Source: Christensenella sp. UBA4651 (GTDB taxonomy: Bacteria > Bacillota > Clostridia > Christensenellales > UBA1242). Taken from it: DNA of 32,000 nt. Positions 26,699 to 32,000 of the stretch are shown here, in pieces (the first letter of the stretch is position 1; each line of letters begins with the position of its first letter). The notes beneath the pieces were generated by a model. The model worked only from the letters and a program-made list of their open reading frames with translations, was not told the DNA's origin and ran no database searches. The position numbers were made by a program, and so were the translations under genes. The stretch covers positions 1-32,000 of the forward strand of contig DHMD01000015.1 of assembly GCA_002405615.1 (NCBI GenBank). The letters run 5' to 3'.

Positions 26699-27490
26699 AT
26701 GAATGTAAAAAATATTTATGAATCTTTTGGTGAAATAGTGGCTGGATATGAGAAACAAGGTTTGGTTCCTGCTTTGTATGTTGAGCGAGTGAGCTGTAGC
26801 CAGTTATTATTAATAAAAAAGGTTCATTCTGCTGGGGGTATAGAACCTAGGAATTTGTTTTTTGTGTCATGCGAGACGATAATAACTGATAGTGGCACTA
26901 AGCTTGACTCATATGTTTTGTTTGCTCCGACTGAGATGCAGGCTATTGATGCTTTCAGGCGCAGGGTGGCCTTTGATAGGTTTTTGGCTCGTATCACAGC
27001 AAGTGGCAGTGTTCCTAAACTTTATGGGATAGACGCAAAAGGGTTCGTAAGAGATAGCCAATATGTACCGATGTTTAATGTATTGTGCGATAGGCAGGAA
27101 GATTTGGATGAAATTATTGAATATGCAAATAGCAAAATTTCGTGTTATGCTCGTGGCTTTGTAATGGGGCGTTTTGTAGCGAACGGTGAGGCGAATATCT
27201 CGTATATACTGAGAGAAAATTTGGCAAGTCTTAAAGATATTAAACATGTGCGTGCTAGAATGTTGAATGCGGTTTGTAATCGTGTTGCTAAAAATTTTGA
27301 TGTGATACGATTGGACGATCGCGGGGGCGAGAATGAGGAGAATATTTGCGAATACCTTTATGAGACCAGCAGGGGGAGTTTTTTGGAGAATGGTGGTGCG
27401 GTAGTGGTAAAAAATTATGCGCATAATGATAAAAATTGTGAATTTGCAGAGGAGAAGGTGAAAGTTTATGAGCAACAAGCACGATATTAA
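26699..27490 (+). CDS. Uncharacterised protein, first gene of coupled pair
   Basis: MNVKNIYESFGEIVAGYEKQGLVPALYVERVSCSQLLLIKK...; no family recognised; predicted TSS (about 26671) excludes the track start at 26621. Confidence 0.6.
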   Translation: MNVKNIYESFGEIVAGYEKQGLVPALYVERVSCSQLLLIKKVHSAGGIEPRNLFFVSCETIITDSGTKLDSYVLFAPTEMQAIDAFRRRVAFDRFLARITASGSVPKLYGIDAKGFVRDSQYVPMFNVLCDRQEDLDEIIEYANSKISCYARGFVMGRFVANGEANISYILRENLASLKDIKHVRARMLNAVCNRVAKNFDVIRLDDRGGENEENICEYLYETSRGSFLENGGAVVVKNYAHNDKNCEFAEEKVKVYEQQARY

Positions 27491-28883
27491 TCCTTATGAT
27501 AGATTATTTCTAAAAACTTTGGATTACGGAGATATGCTGCCTATGGCGGTAATCAAAAACTATGATAACGAGGTACAAGAGGCTTTTGAAAGGCGTATTA
27601 TTACTTTGCTAGGTAGGGTGACAAATGAAGATATTAACTTTGGAAGTGTTCGTTTTGATGAAGATGAGTATTATATCGCTGCGTGCAAAGATTCGTTTAC
27701 TAGGTCTAATTTGATTAGTCACAGTCGGCTTTTGGGGCAGATGGTAGATGATGATAACGAGCCGTTAGTTTGCAAGGTGTTTGATGTAGAAAACGATTTG
27801 ATGGAGGTGGGAGTTTCGCCTGTTATGCGGTTTGAAATAAAGGCTAACGCTGACAGTTCGATGAGAAGGAGTTTGGTATATAAAATGTGTAGCAGCGTTG
27901 TAAAAATGCCAGATTTTGAACTGTATCTTGTATCAATAGGGGATGAAAAGACTATTTTTGTTCGCCAGACTGGAATGGGCGAGATTTTGAGTTTCTATGA
28001 TAAGGCAAAAGTTTTGGCGCTCGATATTTTGAGTGATTATCGTGGTATTATTACGAATGTTTATAAGCTAGAAATTGATGGCAAGTGCTGCAAAAATCCA
28101 GAGGACAAAAAGAATTTTGCGGCGGCGCAGAAGAGTAGTGAATGCGTGTCGAGGACTTTTGAAAAGGAGATTTTTAGGAGTCGTGCAGAAAGGTGTATTA
28201 CCGCTGCTGATTTGTGTGAAATCAGGGATATCGATTTTGGTAAAGATAGGGTTGTAGTCAGTGTGTTAAAAAATTCTTGGGTTTCATTCAAAAATTTGCG
28301 TAGAATATGCGAGGAAAACAAGAGTATTTCTGCACTTGGTTGCGAATTGTCTAGTCTAATAGGGCAGAATGGTGATAAGTTTATCTTGTTCGTTGTGAAT
28401 AAGGGTAATGCTGCAAAATTTGTTATAAAATCTGCTGAGGTCGAGTCTAAATTGTTGAATAGCAGTTCCAAAAGTTTCACTATCAAGATGATGAACATAG
28501 ATAGTAAAGGTAAAGTCACGCCTGCGGATGTGAGGCTGGTGGCTAGGTTAAAGACAAAAAATCAAACCAAATTAAAGGAGCTTGAGGAGCTATTTAGTAC
28601 TGATGAACAGTTTGAAAAACTTAATCCAGAAATCGTGAAATATGGTAGTGTGAGTTATGGGGTGTATGTGAGGAATTTTGCTCGTTCGCAAAATAAGCAT
28701 ATGATGGGCGAGTTGCCTATGCAGCCTGTGCATAATGCTATAATGGCTAGTGGTATTGAGTATGAGTTGACTGATGCGTACGGAGTTGTTCTTCCTGGTG
28801 CAAAAAACAAATCGCAACCAGTTCGCAGGAGTACCCAAAATGGAAATACAGTAGTAGAGCCTAGTGTGGAAATGGAGAAATAA
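27468..28883 (+). CDS. Uncharacterised protein, second gene of coupled pair
   Basis: 471 aa, overlaps the upstream gene by 23 bp, with GGAGAAGG about 20-25 bp before the start; no recognised family; terminator follows. Confidence 0.7.
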   Translation: MSNKHDINPYDRLFLKTLDYGDMLPMAVIKNYDNEVQEAFERRIITLLGRVTNEDINFGSVRFDEDEYYIAACKDSFTRSNLISHSRLLGQMVDDDNEPLVCKVFDVENDLMEVGVSPVMRFEIKANADSSMRRSLVYKMCSSVVKMPDFELYLVSIGDEKTIFVRQTGMGEILSFYDKAKVLALDILSDYRGIITNVYKLEIDGKCCKNPEDKKNFAAAQKSSECVSRTFEKEIFRSRAERCITAADLCEIRDIDFGKDRVVVSVLKNSWVSFKNLRRICEENKSISALGCELSSLIGQNGDKFILFVVNKGNAAKFVIKSAEVESKLLNSSSKSFTIKMMNIDSKGKVTPADVRLVARLKTKNQTKLKELEELFSTDEQFEKLNPEIVKYGSVSYGVYVRNFARSQNKHMMGELPMQPVHNAIMASGIEYELTDAYGVVLPGAKNKSQPVRRSTQNGNTVVEPSVEMEK

Positions 28884-28899
28884 TTTTGCAAGATTTAAG

Positions 28900-28935
28900 G
28901 GTAAGATATATGAATATATCTTGCCTTTTCTTTTT
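28900..28935 (+). terminator. Intrinsic terminator of the unknown operon
   Basis: GGTAAGATATA-tgaa-TATATCTTGCC followed by TTTTCTTTTTC. Confidence 0.75.
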
Positions 28936-29107
28936 CTCCAAAAAATTGGGCAAAGAGCCTCAATTTATTTGCTTTATTTGCTAAAATATATTAAAATTAA
29001 ACATAGTATTTTGTCTAGTCTGTTTTTGTAGCAAAAAATTCGGATTTTTTGACATAAAAATACTCATAAACACGCAAAATAAAAAGGAAAAATAGGGGTT
29101 AGAGTGA

Positions 29108-32000
29108 ATGAGTAAAATTCGTTACATATTGTGCGGAATACTGGTGGTGCTATGTACTTGTGGGCTGATGTTCTCGGGATGTGGCAATTCTATTGACAAC
29201 TTGTCGATAAAATTGACCTCTGGCTCACTAGTTGAGAGCGAAACACAAGGGGAATATGAGTTGACCCTTGTTAAAACGCAAGACGATAATAACAAGGAAT
29301 GGTCTGTGCAAATAGCGGCAGAAGTCGAGGGGTTGGGGGCTGGAATGTCCTCAAAAATCGAGTGGAGTGGTGACAGTCGGTATGTAAACATTGTGGCGAA
29401 CGAAGACGGCTCTATTGCTACTATTACGGGAGTAACCTCTACAAATATCCCTACAATCGTTACGGCTTATAGCGTGGAAAACCGCAAGGCGCAAGCGATA
29501 ATTAAGGTAACGAATATAGTTAAACCTCAGAGTATCTCTGGTAGCAAATATGGAGCGGGAGAGTTAGGGATTCCTTTGGGAACGGCTTTTTCGCTAAAAC
29601 CTGAGGAAGTATTTACCTTTTTGCCAGAAGATGCGACTGTGCCTGTTTATGAGTACACAATAAACGGAGTGGTTGTGAATTCGGACGAGGAATTTACTCT
29701 CTCGGGGGTGGAGGACGGCTATGCTACTCTCACCGCAGCCCCGAAAAACAAAGATGAGTTTACTCAAGAGCAGTTGACGGCGTTGAGTTATACCATCGAT
29801 AGGGTGAGGGTATACAACCCGCTGACCGATGAAAATACGACCTTGTCTATTATGGGGCAAGCGGGCGATGTGGACGAAATTACGCTAATCAAAAATGCAA
29901 AAGACGACAAAAATAAGGCAATTTTGAATGTAACGGCTCCGTCTAGTGTGGAATACTCGGTTTCTAGCCCTAATAACGTAGTCTATGATGAGCGGGATAA
30001 TCCGAGGGGGCAGCTGAGCGTAAAATATGACACAAGGTTAAAGCAATTTACGCTAGTTGGACTCGCTGCAATGGATGAATTTATGCAGGTTGATATAAAC
30101 CTAACGGTGGCTGGGATAAAAAACTCGATGGTTCTGACAAAAAGTTTCTCGGTACGAATTGTGGATTATCCAAATGCGATTGCTGTAAATGGTGTTGCTG
30201 GTAATACCGATGTGGAGTTGCGAGTATTTGACCAGTACAAGGCTGGCGAAGTAGGTACTGAATTGCGACTAAATATCGCCCCTGACAGCAAATTGTATAC
30301 CGACATTACAGTGGAGCTAGACGATGAGGCTGTGGTAGATATGGACTTGGTCGGTAGATTGTTGATAAACAACCAGCCATTTACTGGTACGATGAGTGTA
30401 AAGAGTGGTACGACTATGTACCTAACTAATAACAAGGGGTATGGTCAACTAACGCTAAAAGTTTATGCGGCAGACACTCGTGGAACTGTCGATGAGGTTG
30501 TCCGCAAAATTATCATTAAGTTGGAACAAAGTATAACAAGTATGGAGATTGATAGGGCAAATTTTGATGCAACAACGGGAAATCTCATACTGGAAATTGA
30601 CGAGTACAATGATAGCGTGTCTACGAGTTATCGTGATTTGTTTGTGCGTGTTTCGCCTGAAAATGCTTCTTTTGATACGGTAACGGCGGTGAGTAGCGAT
30701 ACTAGCGTTGTTGAAATTTCGATAGAGGACTATATCAACTGCGAAATCTTGGTGCGGGCTAAAAATATCGGTACTGCCACGTTGAGTTTGGTTGCGCAGA
30801 GTGGGGTAAAACTGACGGTGCAGGTGCAGGTGGTATCTCGGTACAAGGCGACTGCGGTAAAACTCGACCCTAATATGTCCTCTGTAATGTACTGCTCGGA
30901 CTTGACTACGTACAAGTTGATGACAATCTCTAATGATAGAGACCCTGTGGAAACACTGGAAATGGCGTATATTGCCAAGACTGGTAGTGGAAATGGTGTG
31001 TATTTAGTTAATACATTCTATCCTAGTTCAGCGGTTGAGTCTGGAATGGTTGCGTCTGTGGAATTTACTTCGGGCGACTTGTCTATTGCGAGTCTGTATA
31101 ATACCAATTCGAGTATTTACCGTAATGTGTTGACCACGGAGCGTGCTGGGCTAGTTACTTTTGATATGGTGGTACGCTACTACAAACTGGTAGGTAGCAA
31201 CTTGGTATTGGAGGAAGATGTTGTAAATGCTGCATTTACAATTCAAGTATTTGAGCAGATTACTTCGCTCACAGTGAATGAGTCGAGTGTTGAGTTGCTG
31301 GCTGCTGTGCAAAACTTGGGTGCTGGAATTTCGATTGGTGGCAGCACAAGTCAAAGTGCGTACGACTCGGTCAATAGTAGTAAGACTTTGCGTGTTACGG
31401 TAAACCCTACAAACTCGAATGTTTCTGCTGCGAATGCTGTTTGGTCAATCGAGGGCAACACTTCAAAAATTACTTTGAGTACCACAAAAGGTGGGGAAAC
31501 GGTCGTCAGTGTGAAACCTTTGGCTGGTAATGACTTGCGAGTTTCGGCTACTATTATAGTTTCGGTTACCGACCTAAATGGTGTTGCATTTACCCAAGAA
31601 GTTAAGGTAATTGCAAACAAAATTCAGCAGATTACCGAAGTGTATATCAAAAATTATGAGTCATCGCTCAAAAATAACTCGCTGTATTTTGAGTTGTTTA
31701 AGGACGATGGATTTACGCTAGATGTTACGGTCGGGCCTGCTTCTGCGACAAACAAAAATCTAGAATATATTATATTTGACGCAGACTTGTTAAGCAAGCG
31801 TGAGGACGGCGAAAATGTAATTCGTATGTCGGCAGGGAACGGAAAATTCTTGTATTTTAGAATTAAACCTCGTGACCCAACCTCTGATGATTACTCTACG
31901 CAATACTCGTGTAAGACTGCGCAACTCGTGTATGATGAGTCTGCTGGAACATATACAATCAAGCCTAAAAAGGCTGGTTATGCTTTTGCATTTATCATAC
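29108..32000 (+). CDS. Very large putative lipoprotein with multiple bacterial Ig-like (BIG2-like) domains; open at window end
   Basis: Hand translation from ATG 29108 (MSKIRYILCGILVVLCTCGLMFSGCGNSIDNLSIKL...), no stop through 32000 (at least 964 aa). Repeated patterns such as ITSMEIDRANF...LFVRVSPENASFDTVTAVSSDTSVVEI...ILVRAKNIGTATLSLVAQ and ITSLTVNESSVELL...LRVTVNPTNSNVSAANAVWSIEGNTSKITLS. Absent from ORF track because it has no in-window stop. Confidence 0.85.
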   Translation, partial: MSKIRYILCGILVVLCTCGLMFSGCGNSIDNLSIKLTSGSLVESETQGEYELTLVKTQDDNNKEWSVQIAAEVEGLGAGMSSKIEWSGDSRYVNIVANEDGSIATITGVTSTNIPTIVTAYSVENRKAQAIIKVTNIVKPQSISGSKYGAGELGIPLGTAFSLKPEEVFTFLPEDATVPVYEYTINGVVVNSDEEFTLSGVEDGYATLTAAPKNKDEFTQEQLTALSYTIDRVRVYNPLTDENTTLSIMGQAGDVDEITLIKNAKDDKNKAILNVTAPSSVEYSVSSPNNVVYDERDNPRGQLSVKYDTRLKQFTLVGLAAMDEFMQVDINLTVAGIKNSMVLTKSFSVRIVDYPNAIAVNGVAGNTDVELRVFDQYKAGEVGTELRLNIAPDSKLYTDITVELDDEAVVDMDLVGRLLINNQPFTGTMSVKSGTTMYLTNNKGYGQLTLKVYAADTRGTVDEVVRKIIIKLEQSITSMEIDRANFDATTGNLILEIDEYNDSVSTSYRDLFVRVSPENASFDTVTAVSSDTSVVEISIEDYINCEILVRAKNIGTATLSLVAQSGVKLTVQVQVVSRYKATAVKLDPNMSSVMYCSDLTTYKLMTISNDRDPVETLEMAYIAKTGSGNGVYLVNTFYPSSAVESGMVASVEFTSGDLSIASLYNTNSSIYRNVLTTERAGLVTFDMVVRYYKLVGSNLVLEEDVVNAAFTIQVFEQITSLTVNESSVELLAAVQNLGAGISIGGSTSQSAYDSVNSSKTLRVTVNPTNSNVSAANAVWSIEGNTSKITLSTTKGGETVVSVKPLAGNDLRVSATIIVSVTDLNGVAFTQEVKVIANKIQQITEVYIKNYESSLKNNSLYFELFKDDGFTLDVTVGPASATNKNLEYIIFDADLLSKREDGENVIRMSAGNGKFLYFRIKPRDPTSDDYSTQYSCKTAQLVYDESAGTYTIKPKKAGYAFAFII

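Noticed and set aside
29122-31620. Series of 67-89 aa minus-strand ORFs listed at the window end
   Set aside because: All are antisense to the long open plus-strand Ig-like lipoprotein ORF starting at 29108.

Overview
This 32 kb window looks like the chromosome of a low-to-moderate GC Firmicutes/Clostridia-like bacterium. It is mostly housekeeping: the start of uppP (minus strand, cut by the window edge and missing from the ORF track), era-yqzL-recO, a two-gene sufC + sufB/D-like module, trpS, dnaA, sepF-lspA-rluD and a DEAD-box helicase. There are three tRNAs: Gly(TCC), Leu(CAG) and Asn(GTT). Accessory or less ordinary content: a decayed ABC-F gene; a DUF1538-like membrane protein followed by two non-identical P-II-like genes; a two-gene restriction-modification system whose methyltransferase carries a DPCY motif IV; several lipoproteins, including an HtrA-like protease and a very large open-ended Ig-like (BIG2-like) surface protein of at least 964 aa; and a translationally coupled pair of unrecognised proteins at 26699-28883 behind a near-consensus promoter. 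Non-coding signals worth attention are a 13-bp terminator-like hairpin between the apparent promoter and the tRNA-Gly gene, and 11-bp-phased ATGCA repeats inside an inverted repeat upstream of an HdeD-like gene. I found no CRISPR array, transposase or phage module. No single locus can be called a proven novel system from sequence alone; the best candidates are the coupled unknown pair and the DUF1538/dual P-II operon.
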